DNA of 64,000 nt from an uncultured bacterium. Its GTDB lineage: Bacteria > Vulcanimicrobiota > Xenobia > Xenobiales > Xenobiaceae. Position numbers and translations under genes: made by a program. Below are positions 28,464 through 37,313 of this stretch, one piece after another. The stretch is taken from NCBI GenBank assembly GCA_934644775.1, contig CAKUDB010000011.1, positions 1,118-65,117 of the forward strand, in the 5' to 3' direction. Position 1 is the first letter of the stretch. Every line of letters begins with the position of its first letter. The notes below the pieces were generated by a model. It was not told where the DNA came from, searched no databases, and saw only the letters and a list, made by a program, of their open reading frames with translations.

Positions 28464-29267
28464 ATGATCCATTTTACTCCTCCGCCCGATATTCATATCG
28501 GCGGCCCTTTTATCGTCAATATTCACAGTTTGGCTTTTTGCCTGGGAGCTATGGCAGCTTACTTCCTTACTATCAAAAGGCTGCCGGAAAAATATCGCGA
28601 CCATATCGACAATTTGGCTATGTGGATGACCTTAGCGGGAATTTTAGGGGCCCGTCTCCTTTTTGCTTTGGTAAATTACCGCCAAATGCACAGTCTGGGC
28701 CAAGTTTTTGCTTTTTGGGAAGGCGGCTTAATATCTTACGGCGGCTTTTTAGGGGCGATATTGGCTTGGATAGGCTACATTAAAGCCAAGAAACTGCCCC
28801 TGGAAGTAATGTGTCAAGCTATGGGCCCAGCAGCTCTCTTGGGCTGGGGCCTGGGTCGCTTTGGCTGTTTCTTGGCCTGGAATGGCGAAATTGGCCTACC
28901 TACTTCCCTGCCTTGGGGTATGATCGTGGGCAACGACGTGGCCCGCCATCCTACTATGCTCTATCTGGCCGTAGCCCACTGCACTTGCGCTCTACTGATT
29001 ATGAAGTATTCTTCCCAGCTACGTATCAATGCCGCCGCTTTGAGTTTAGCCGCCTTCGGCCTGGTGCGAGCTATCTTAGATTATTGGCGCGACTACGATC
29101 CCTCTTGGCTCTATTATGGCTCGCTAGCAATTTCTATCCTCTGGCTAGTTTTGGGCCTGTGGCTTAGCAAAGCATTGCCTTTCCCGCAGGAAGAGCCAAC
29201 TGAAAGCCAAGAGGAAGTTGCCCAGCCTCAAGGGCCAACCCAAGAATCTCAAGGGGCTGTCAAGTAA
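28464..29267 (+). CDS. lgt: prolipoprotein diacylglyceryl transferase
   Basis: Polytopic; GGLISYGGFLGAI and the Lgt signature GRFGCFLAWNGEIG. Confidence 0.85.
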   Translation: MIHFTPPPDIHIGGPFIVNIHSLAFCLGAMAAYFLTIKRLPEKYRDHIDNLAMWMTLAGILGARLLFALVNYRQMHSLGQVFAFWEGGLISYGGFLGAILAWIGYIKAKKLPLEVMCQAMGPAALLGWGLGRFGCFLAWNGEIGLPTSLPWGMIVGNDVARHPTMLYLAVAHCTCALLIMKYSSQLRINAAALSLAAFGLVRAILDYWRDYDPSWLYYGSLAISILWLVLGLWLSKALPFPQEEPTESQEEVAQPQGPTQESQGAVK

Positions 29268-29280
29268 ACTAGCTCTAGTC

Positions 29281-29340
29281 CAAAAGCAAAAGGCCCACCC
29301 CGGCAGCTGCTCAGCCGCTCCAAATGGGCCTTTTTTACGT
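29281..29340. terminator. bidirectional terminator shared by convergent lgt (+) and infA (-)
   Basis: GGCCCA (29292-29297)/TGGGCC (29325-29330) with inner CGGC/GCCG stem; T6 on + strand (29331-29336), TTTTGCTTTTG on minus. Confidence 0.6.
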
Positions 29341-29367
29341 AAAAAATGGTCGACTTACCAGAAACTT

Positions 29368-29598
29368 TTACTTAGCTCTGTAAACGATGCGCCCTTTATT
29401 TAAGTCGTAAGGGCAAAGTTCTACCGTAACTTTATCGCCGGGCAAGATACGAATCCAGTGCTTACGGATTCTACCGGAGATGTGAGCCGAAACTTCGTAG
29501 CCATTTTCTAACTTTACCTTGAAACAAGCGTCACGATAGGCTTCTGTCACCACGCCTTCAACTTCAATTTTACCTTTATCAGCTCCGTCTGATGACAA
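29368..29598 (-). CDS. infA: translation initiation factor IF-1
   Basis: 76 aa, [68 protein letters not shown] start with GGAGG RBS. Confidence 0.9.
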   Translation of the reverse strand: MSSDGADKGKIEVEGVVTEAYRDACFKVKLENGYEVSAHISGRIRKHWIRILPGDKVTVELCPYDLNKGRIVYRAK

Positions 29599-29926
29599 GT
29601 TTTATTTCCTCCGCTTTTTATTATTGCAACGACGCCGCGAAAATAGGCGGCAGTACTGTATCTAATGCTTCCGCACTCTTTACCTCAACACCAAAGCTAA
29701 AACCTTTTACAGCGTCCTTGTTGAACGAGCTCCCTGCTCCTCTGAGGGCCCAGGAAACACTACGTTAATTTAACAACGCCCATTATGGCAATAATCAACA
29801 GCAAAAGCAAGCTTTTTAGCAACGGCTTTTTCGACTAATTTTACATAGGAAGAGCAAAAAAAAGAAAAAGATATTTATTCAAGAAATAGAGACTTAGATA
29901 AATAAACACCTAAGATTGTAAATAAC

Positions 29927-31129
29927 ATGATAAAAAGAATCTTTTCAAATACGATCGTTATTTTAATATTAGCCGTAATTGTTGGCATCCTGACAGGATT
30001 TTTCATCCCCGAAGGGTTGATGAAAAGCGTATTAGTCGTCAAACAAATAAGTGGCCAAATTATCTTTTTCCTCGTGCCCCTAATTATTATTGGTTTTGTG
30101 GCTCCTTCTATCGCCTCACTGAGGGGAAGCGTTTCCAAACTGATAATCTTTGCCTTTTCGTTAGCTTATCTATCATCTATAGGTGCAGCATTCTTCGCCA
30201 TGATGTTGGGATACCAGATAATTCCTTGGCTCGAGATACAACCTATCACCAATTCCCTGAAGGAGTTACCTGAAGTTTTATTTAGTTTAGAGATTCCTCC
30301 CGTTTTGAGCGTTATGTCCGCCTTGCTACTCTCGATCTTTATCGGCTTGGGATGCTGTTGGACAAAATCTGATGGAATTACAGAGCTGCTTTTGCAATTT
30401 CGAGAGATTGTGCTGCAACTGGTAAAACGAATCCTAATCCCTCTGCTTCCGTTGTATGTAGCTGCCAATTTCTGTGCCATATCCTATGAGGGGAATATTT
30501 CCCGCTTTGGTATACTATTGCCAGTAATTTTGATCGTCATAGTTTGCCACTATGTATGGCTTTTATTACTCTATGGATTGGCAACCCTTTACTCAAGGAA
30601 GAACAGTTGGCAAGTGCTCAAGTTCTACTTACCAGCCTATCTCACGGCTTTGGGAACTATGTCTTCTGCCGCCACTTTGGGAGTGGCTCTCGAATGCGCA
30701 CGCAAGAGTCCTATCCTGGATAGGAAAGTCTCGGACTTCTCTATTCCCCTATTCGCCAATATCCATCTTTGCGGTTCTGTACTTACTGAGGTATTCTTTG
30801 TGTGCGTCGTATCCCAGTTACTCTACGGCCAGTTGCCTACATTTTCCACTTTCATCTTATTTATATTGCTTCTGGGAGTATTCGCTGTAGGGGCCCCCGG
30901 AGTTCCTGGGGGAACGGTACTGGCCTCATTGGGTATTGTCGTTTCCGTATTGGGCTTTAATGATGCAGGTACAGCTATGCTTATAGCGATCTTTGCCTTA
31001 CAAGATAGCTTCGGCACGGCTTGCAACATTACTGGCGACGGAGCCTTAGCCTTGATCACCGATACGTTTATGAAACGGCAAAATAAGGGAGACGACAATA
31101 CAACAGATCCTAATAATGGCCCCAATTAG
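29927..31129 (+). CDS. dicarboxylate/amino acid:cation symporter (DAACS/GltP family)
   Basis: 400 aa polytopic; GAPGVPGGTVLASLGIV and ACNITGDGALALITD hairpin-loop motifs. Confidence 0.8.
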   Translation: MIKRIFSNTIVILILAVIVGILTGFFIPEGLMKSVLVVKQISGQIIFFLVPLIIIGFVAPSIASLRGSVSKLIIFAFSLAYLSSIGAAFFAMMLGYQIIPWLEIQPITNSLKELPEVLFSLEIPPVLSVMSALLLSIFIGLGCCWTKSDGITELLLQFREIVLQLVKRILIPLLPLYVAANFCAISYEGNISRFGILLPVILIVIVCHYVWLLLLYGLATLYSRKNSWQVLKFYLPAYLTALGTMSSAATLGVALECARKSPILDRKVSDFSIPLFANIHLCGSVLTEVFFVCVVSQLLYGQLPTFSTFILFILLLGVFAVGAPGVPGGTVLASLGIVVSVLGFNDAGTAMLIAIFALQDSFGTACNITGDGALALITDTFMKRQNKGDDNTTDPNNGPN

Positions 31130-32775
31130 TGAGGTTGGTTTTCCCTTGGGTTGGCCAAAGAGGCCACCAATTCGTCCAACTTTTCCAACATAACCTTAAG
31201 TGAGTCGGCTTGCAAGGCGGTGACAAAAACGGCCTCCGTCCAGACTTGACGCACGTTATCTAAAATTTCTGGAGCGGTTTTGTCTATTTTATTGAAAACG
31301 ACCAGTTGGGGAATATCGTCTAAAGCTAACTCTTCCAAAATTTGCTGTACAGCCATAATCTGATTGGCAAATTCAGGATTAGAAATATCGACTACATGGA
31401 GCAAAATGTCGGCGTCGCTGAGTTCTTCCAAAGTAGCTCGAAAAGCTTTGGCCAAATCTTCTGGCAAATCTTGGATAAAACCGACCGTATCGATTAGAAC
31501 GGTCTTGCGCCCTGAAGGCAAACGCAATTTTCTAGAAGTAGGATCTAAAGTGGCAAAGAACCGATCTTCCACCAAAATTTTGGCTCCAGTTAGAGTGCGC
31601 AAAATAGTAGATTTGCCAGCATTGGTATAGCCTACTAGATTGATAATAGGGGTGCCCGACTCTTGGCGATTAGTGCGACGGCGGCGACGCTGGCACGATA
31701 ATTGATCGAGGTCGCGCTCTAATTTGGCAATACGATCCTTAACTCGGCGACGCAAAACCTCAATTTTAGTTTCGCCTGGCCCCTTAGCTCCGATACCGCC
31801 AGTAATACGCGACATAAAGTCATCTTTAAGTACCAAGCGCGGCAAGCTATATTTCATTTGAGCTAGCTCAACTTGCAATTTACCATCTTTGCTACTAGCT
31901 CGACGAGCGAATATATCTAAAATAAGCTGGGTACGATCGATTACTTCCAATTCGCACAATTCGGAAATAGCCCGCATTTGTGAGCCACTCAGCTCCCCTC
32001 CAAAAACAATTAGATCGGCACCCTTTTGCATGGCAGTGATCATAATATCGGTAAGCTTGCCGCTACCGACTACGAATTTAGCGTCTAGACGGGGACGTTT
32101 TTGAATTACTACGTCGACAACTTCAATATCGGCCGAAGCGGCCAACTCCGTCAATTCGGTCATAGAACGCTGCAAATCGTCGAGTTTATTGGTAGTGACT
32201 CCTACCAAAATAGCTTTGCGCCTCGTTTGCCCAGTAGAGCGCGAATCAATTTTTCGGGCATATTCTTGCTCTAAAGCATTGATTAAGCCATAAAAGTCTA
32301 ATTTGAACAGATCTAAAGGCACAGGATCTTCCACATGCCAAGGCTCTTTATCATTAGGTTGCAACCAGGCAGCGTAAATATTGCCGGGCAAACCGCTAGG
32401 CAAAGTTTCCAAAGCGGCCACAGCGTCAAAACGCAGCAAGGCTAAGTCGGTTAAGTCGTCTTGGCTTAAAGGCTCGTTGCTTAAGTGGGTATGGATCCAA
32501 CGTACGCCACGAAAACGGGATTGGCCGACGCGGAAACGCCCCAATTCAGAGATCATAATAGATTTGGCGTCGCCGACAAAAACTTGTAAAACATTACCTT
32601 TGCGATCGATTAGAATACCAACTTGTCTACCTATTTCCCAAGAAATTTCGGTAAGATAACGGCCCAACTCCCAACTAACTAAGCTCTCTCGAGCGACCCT
32701 CTTTTGGAATAGACGCAACAAGTTTTTTTTCTGATTAGGTTTTAAGCCAACGATATTTCCTTTAATTTCAGCCAT
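31126..32775 (-). CDS. hflX: GTPase HflX with ~170-aa N-terminal extension
   Basis: G1 GYTNAGKST, G3 DTVGFI, and an HflX N-domain/coiled-coil ahead of the G domain; 549 aa versus ~430 for a typical HflX. Confidence 0.85.
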   Translation of the reverse strand: MAEIKGNIVGLKPNQKKNLLRLFQKRVARESLVSWELGRYLTEISWEIGRQVGILIDRKGNVLQVFVGDAKSIMISELGRFRVGQSRFRGVRWIHTHLSNEPLSQDDLTDLALLRFDAVAALETLPSGLPGNIYAAWLQPNDKEPWHVEDPVPLDLFKLDFYGLINALEQEYARKIDSRSTGQTRRKAILVGVTTNKLDDLQRSMTELTELAASADIEVVDVVIQKRPRLDAKFVVGSGKLTDIMITAMQKGADLIVFGGELSGSQMRAISELCELEVIDRTQLILDIFARRASSKDGKLQVELAQMKYSLPRLVLKDDFMSRITGGIGAKGPGETKIEVLRRRVKDRIAKLERDLDQLSCQRRRRRTNRQESGTPIINLVGYTNAGKSTILRTLTGAKILVEDRFFATLDPTSRKLRLPSGRKTVLIDTVGFIQDLPEDLAKAFRATLEELSDADILLHVVDISNPEFANQIMAVQQILEELALDDIPQLVVFNKIDKTAPEILDNVRQVWTEAVFVTALQADSLKVMLEKLDELVASLANPRENQPH

Positions 32776-33042
32776 ATATATTTTCCTATGCCCTATTGTT
32801 ATCGCAAACTTTCATTTTATCGCCATATTTATATATAGCTAGCCGGTTTAGACAAAATAAAAGGCGGCCCTGCCTTTTCGATCACAAATAGAGCCAGGCA
32901 GGGTGTTTTTTTCTAGTGTTGAAGTTGCTTTAGTGAAGTGTGCGGTTTCGCCTTATCTAACCTGTGTTGCGGTATAAACTAGCCCCAGAACTAGCGAAGC
33001 TAAAGTACGCTGCATTTTTCTTAACGTGAGAGGAAAACTTTA

Positions 33043-34674
33043 ATGGCTTGGAGTTCTGGTCTGCAACTTAGAGTAGTTGAAGGCAATGACGAAGGTAGGG
33101 TTGTCCTGCTCAACTCGCCGGAAATAACCTTAGGAAGAGCAGTTGAAACTAGCGAAAGTTCTCCCGGCTGGGTTCTCTTTTCTGAACCTACCGTGTCCAG
33201 AATCCATGCCTTGTTGCAATGGGATGACGAAAGGCAGTGTTATGTTTTACAGCACCGCTCTCGCACCAATCCTACTTTAGTTCGTGACGTACCCGTCGAC
33301 GGCTATCCGCTCCATCTCAACGAAAAAGTCAATTTAGGATTGTTGGGCTTTATTCTAGAGCCGGCCGAAACGCGCACCGGCAAGTTGGGCGACGCTGTCA
33401 AGACTCCACAAAGTCAGGGTGTATCCCCAGGAGTGTTTGACGCCCTAAACGACTACGCTTCCAAGAGCAACAACCGGCAAGACAGAGAAAATATGGCTGG
33501 TATGGCCGGTTTAATAGATGGCGGTGGGCAAGACGAAGAAAAATTCGTTATGAGCGTAATCCAGGGGCCTGATAAAGGGACGAATTATCCTCTCCGCGAG
33601 CCCGTATTAGTTATAGGTCGCCTCCAAGGGCCCGCCGATCCGCGAGCCAGCGCCGGCGTATTGTTGCACGATACCTCCGTTCCCAGCGAGCAAGCGCTCC
33701 TAGTTTGGCAAGATCGGGCCGCCACCTATGGCATATTGCAATCAGATAGCAGCAGCCAGGCCACCCGTATTAGACGCATGTCCAACGGTATGCCTCGCGA
33801 AATTATCGTGCGCAGCGATATTCCCACCGTACTTAACGAGCGGGACGTTATTATGATCGGTCGCACGGCTATGGTACTTTCCAGCAACCAAAGGTCGAGT
33901 AGCGGCTACGATTTAGGCCAAACTAGTATGCACATGGCTGGCCAACAGCCCCAACAACCTTTCCACGAATTTGATGTAGACGATAACCAGCTCCATCGTT
34001 CTCCTTTGCGCAGTTGGCGAGACAATAATCCTCCTCGTCAACCTTACTCTGAGCCAGCCCCCCAGTATCAACAGCCGCCTCAACAGCCTTATCAGCCACG
34101 CCCAGAGTACGGAGGCTATCCTGCAAGCCAAGAAGCCCCAGCTTATGGTGATTACCAGCCTCGACAGCGCCGCGAAGCTTATCCTCCTGATCCTAACAGC
34201 TACCCAGGACAGCCTCCTTATGGACAGCCCGAGCCCGCCCCCTACCGCGAGCAGCCGCCTTACAACTATGAGCCAGCCCCGGACTATGCTCCTGCGCCAG
34301 CCCCCACTCCGGCCAATGCTCCTCGCCCGGCGGGTGCCCCCCATCCAGCAGGAACTCCACGTCCAGCTGGTGCTCCCCGTCCAGCTGGAGCTCCTCGTCC
34401 AGCAGGCGCTCCACGCCCAGCAGGCGCTCCTCGTCCTGCCGGGGCTCCTCGTCCTGCCGGGGCTCCACGCCCTGCAGGCGCTCCTCGTCCTGCCGGGGCT
34501 CCACGCCCTACAGGCGCTCCACGCCCAGCAGGCGCTCCCCGTCCAGCAGGCGCTCCCCGTCCAGCAGGCGCTCCCCGTCCAGCCGGAGCTCCACGCCCTG
34601 CCGGAGCTCCTCGCCCAGCGGGTGCTCCCCGTCCAGCTGCTCCCTCAGAGACAGAAGGCGATAGTTATCGATAA
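33043..34674 (+). CDS. FHA domain protein (two FHA-like domains) with C-terminal Pro-rich (APRPAG)n tandem repeat tail
   Basis: First FHA: ITLGRAVE...VSRIHALLQWDDERQCYVLQHRSRTNPTLV. Second: LVIGRLQG...; about 18 consecutive APRPAG hexads; GAGAGG RBS. Confidence 0.75.
   Translation: MAWSSGLQLRVVEGNDEGRVVLLNSPEITLGRAVETSESSPGWVLFSEPTVSRIHALLQWDDERQCYVLQHRSRTNPTLVRDVPVDGYPLHLNEKVNLGLLGFILEPAETRTGKLGDAVKTPQSQGVSPGVFDALNDYASKSNNRQDRENMAGMAGLIDGGGQDEEKFVMSVIQGPDKGTNYPLREPVLVIGRLQGPADPRASAGVLLHDTSVPSEQALLVWQDRAATYGILQSDSSSQATRIRRMSNGMPREIIVRSDIPTVLNERDVIMIGRTAMVLSSNQRSSSGYDLGQTSMHMAGQQPQQPFHEFDVDDNQLHRSPLRSWRDNNPPRQPYSEPAPQYQQPPQQPYQPRPEYGGYPASQEAPAYGDYQPRQRREAYPPDPNSYPGQPPYGQPEPAPYREQPPYNYEPAPDYAPAPAPTPANAPRPAGAPHPAGTPRPAGAPRPAGAPRPAGAPRPAGAPRPAGAPRPAGAPRPAGAPRPAGAPRPTGAPRPAGAPRPAGAPRPAGAPRPAGAPRPAGAPRPAGAPRPAAPSETEGDSYR
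34318..34640 (+). repeat. 18-nt tandem DNA repeat (~18 copies) encoding (APRPAG)n
   Basis: Repeated gctcctcgtcctgccggg / gctccacgcccagcaggc units, lying within the coding region. Confidence 0.9.
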
Positions 34675-34763
34675 ATACTACCCGCCGACCGAAGGGCCAC
34701 TCCAAGCCTAATAAAGGCTCGGTCGGCTGTGACAGTTTTTTATTTTGCATAGGTATAGCAACG

Positions 34764-37286
34764 GTGGAAAATCAGAATAGCCCTCAGCAACAAGCAGCCG
34801 ATCTTCGCATGATGTTGGATAGCGAGCCTCCTAAGCAGCGCTCTTCGCGTCGCAGCTCCAGAGGGACGACCCTAAGTGATATAGACACTATGTCCTACGA
34901 CGAACTAGTGGCTTATATCTCTGATTCTAATTCTGATTTTGCCGACGAAGCTACCGGATTAGACGGGCTGCGCGAAGAAGAAGAGCGGGCCAAGCGAGCT
35001 GTGCCCTACTCTTTTGCCTCTTTAGGTAAGAAGCAACCCGCCGATACTTCGGCCTCCAACTCGCATTTGACCGACTTATCTAGTTTGCGAACTATCACTC
35101 CCGATCCTCAAGCCTATTCCCAGCCCGAATATTATCAGCCAAACGACCCTCAAGACTCAGCTCAGGGAGCAAGTGGCCTTACAAATGGCCTTCTGGAAAG
35201 TCCTAGCGACAACACCGACTTTTCTGTAGCTTCAAACAACAATATCTTCGACGCTAAAGACTACAATAGCCAAGATTTTAAGCGCGACAGCTTGGTTCGC
35301 GAAGGCTTAGGCCACGACGGTTTCAATCATGAAAGCTACAACGGTGAAAGCTTAGGTCATGACGGTTTTGACCACGATGGTTTCGACCATGAAGGCTTCG
35401 ATCACGAAGGCTTCGACCGCGACGGCTACGACCGCGAAGGCTTCGATCACGAAGGCTTCGACCGCGAAGGCTTCGATCACGAAGGCTTCGACCGCGAAGG
35501 CTTCGATCACGAAGGCTTCGACCGCGAAGGCTTCGATCACGAAGGCTTCGACCGCGACGGCTACGATCACGACAACTACGACCGCGAAGGCTACGACTGG
35601 GAAGGCTTTGATAGCGAAGGCTACGATCGCGACGGTTTTGATCGCGACAACTACGACCGCGAGGGTTACGACTGGGAAGGTTTCAACCAATATGGCCTCA
35701 ATCGTCAAGGCTTCGACCGTGACGGCTTCGATGAGGAAGGCTTTGATAGCGAAGGCTACGATCACGACGGTTTTGACCGCGACAACTACGACCGCGAGGG
35801 TTACGACTGGGAAGGTTTCAACCAATATGGCCTAGATCGTCAGGGCTTCAACCGTCACGGCTACGATGCGGAAGGTTACGATCGTGAAGGCTTCAATAGC
35901 GAAGGCTTTGATCGTGACGGCTACGACCGCGAAGGTTTCGACCAGTATAATTATGACCGCGAAGGTTACGATTGGGAGGGATACGATTGCGAAGGCTACG
36001 ATTACGGCGGTTTTGATCGAGACGGCTACGATAAAGAAGGTTATACCCGTCAAGATTGGGAGGCTGCGGGCTACAAATTTGGGCCACGCGGCGAGTTTAT
36101 TTTATCGGAAAGCGAGACCTCCGAGACAGAAGCCGCAGCCAATGAGCCTATTGGCCAAGAAGAGGCAGCCCCTCAATTAAATAAAGATTCAACTACTAGG
36201 CCAGAGCCAAGTCCCGAAGTTCAAGCCGAGTCAGCCCCAACTCCCGTTGAAGATGACGAAAAGGTTGAAGATATTGAAGATGATAGAGTCGTTGGAGCTG
36301 AGCCAGACCACGAAGCCAACGAAGAGGATCTATCCGACCAAGAGCTTCCCGAGTATAATTTTGCCGCTGCTCCTCCGGCCAGGGCCAATGAAGTTAAGCC
36401 CCAGGCTGAGCCAGAATCGCTTAGTTTTAGTCAGGAAGGAGCCTACAGAGCCGAACTGCCGGTAGCAGCCGAAGCCCCTCACGAAGCCCCTCAACAAGTG
36501 AACGCCGAGCCTCAAGTTCAGACCTCTTCGGCAAGTGAGTTGCCACCAGAAGCCTCTATAGCTTCAGCTCAGCCTAGGGCAGACGTGCCTTTATTTGAGC
36601 CGGAGGGCAAGTTAGGCAATATGACCAGCCCTTGGAGCTACGAATGCGACTACGCTATCGATTATATTAGTGGCAGTCGTCGCGGCCAAAGGATCGCTTT
36701 ACTAGCTTCTGAGCTTGGCGATACGCGGTCTTTTACTGTTGGCTCAAGTGGCGAGCGCGTCAACGATATTGAAGTAGATGAACCTACTATAGCTAACGAT
36801 CAAGCCTTACTGCGTTACAATAACGGTCGCTTTACTTTGATCAATTTCCAAGAAGATATTAAGATCAATAGGCGGATTATCACTTGCGGCGAGCAAGTCA
36901 ATTTAATGACCGGTGATGAGATTAGCTTAGGAAACACCACTTTAGTTTTTAGTGAGCGTTGTATCAGTGAAGCTTTGGCCGAATATTCTATCGATGTGGT
37001 GGAAGGTGCCCCAACCGATCTAGGCAAGTCTTTCCCTCTAACTAAGCAGCGCTCTTCTATAGGGCGGGATCGCAATTCGGATATTCCCCTTACCGATCAA
37101 GAGATCAGCCGCCAACATTGTACCCTTACTTTCCGGGCCGGTAAGTTCTTCTTGCAACATCGCTCCGATACCAACCCAACCTTTATTAACGGCGTTTCTG
37201 TTCCCGTCGGCGGTGAGCGCCAGATAACTACCGAGGATAAGATTCAAATTTCCAGCCGTACCGTTTTGCAACTGGTAAAACATTGA
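34764..37286 (+). CDS. large FHA domain protein: disordered N-terminus, ~45 tandem acidic/aromatic pentad repeats (E-G-F/Y-D-x), C-terminal tandem FHA domains
   Basis: GTG start; runs of EGFDHEGFDREGFDHEGFDRDGYD...EGYDWEGF; C-terminal FHA: SIGRDRNSDIPLTDQEISRQHCTLTFRAGKFFLQHRSDTNPTFINGVSV. Confidence 0.75.
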   Translation: MENQNSPQQQAADLRMMLDSEPPKQRSSRRSSRGTTLSDIDTMSYDELVAYISDSNSDFADEATGLDGLREEEERAKRAVPYSFASLGKKQPADTSASNSHLTDLSSLRTITPDPQAYSQPEYYQPNDPQDSAQGASGLTNGLLESPSDNTDFSVASNNNIFDAKDYNSQDFKRDSLVREGLGHDGFNHESYNGESLGHDGFDHDGFDHEGFDHEGFDRDGYDREGFDHEGFDREGFDHEGFDREGFDHEGFDREGFDHEGFDRDGYDHDNYDREGYDWEGFDSEGYDRDGFDRDNYDREGYDWEGFNQYGLNRQGFDRDGFDEEGFDSEGYDHDGFDRDNYDREGYDWEGFNQYGLDRQGFNRHGYDAEGYDREGFNSEGFDRDGYDREGFDQYNYDREGYDWEGYDCEGYDYGGFDRDGYDKEGYTRQDWEAAGYKFGPRGEFILSESETSETEAAANEPIGQEEAAPQLNKDSTTRPEPSPEVQAESAPTPVEDDEKVEDIEDDRVVGAEPDHEANEEDLSDQELPEYNFAAAPPARANEVKPQAEPESLSFSQEGAYRAELPVAAEAPHEAPQQVNAEPQVQTSSASELPPEASIASAQPRADVPLFEPEGKLGNMTSPWSYECDYAIDYISGSRRGQRIALLASELGDTRSFTVGSSGERVNDIEVDEPTIANDQALLRYNNGRFTLINFQEDIKINRRIITCGEQVNLMTGDEISLGNTTLVFSERCISEALAEYSIDVVEGAPTDLGKSFPLTKQRSSIGRDRNSDIPLTDQEISRQHCTLTFRAGKFFLQHRSDTNPTFINGVSVPVGGERQITTEDKIQISSRTVLQLVKH
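35293..36060 (+). repeat. 15/30-nt tandem DNA repeat block encoding the pentad (GFDxE/GYDxE) repeats
   Basis: Many near-identical gaaggcttcgatcacgaaggcttcgaccgc units; the antisense ORFs in the track here are repeat artefacts. Confidence 0.9.
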
Positions 37287-37313
37287 ACTATATAAAACGA
37301 GGTTACTTTAGCT

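Noticed and set aside
28311-28604. 97-aa minus-strand ORF spanning the lgt start region
   Set aside because: It overlaps lgt on the opposite strand and has no RBS; likely spurious within a divergent promoter region
35352-36180. Antisense and alternative-frame ORFs inside the pentad-repeat block
   Set aside because: Artefacts of the tandem repeat (periodic absence of stops); the sense frame is continuous with flanking FHA domains
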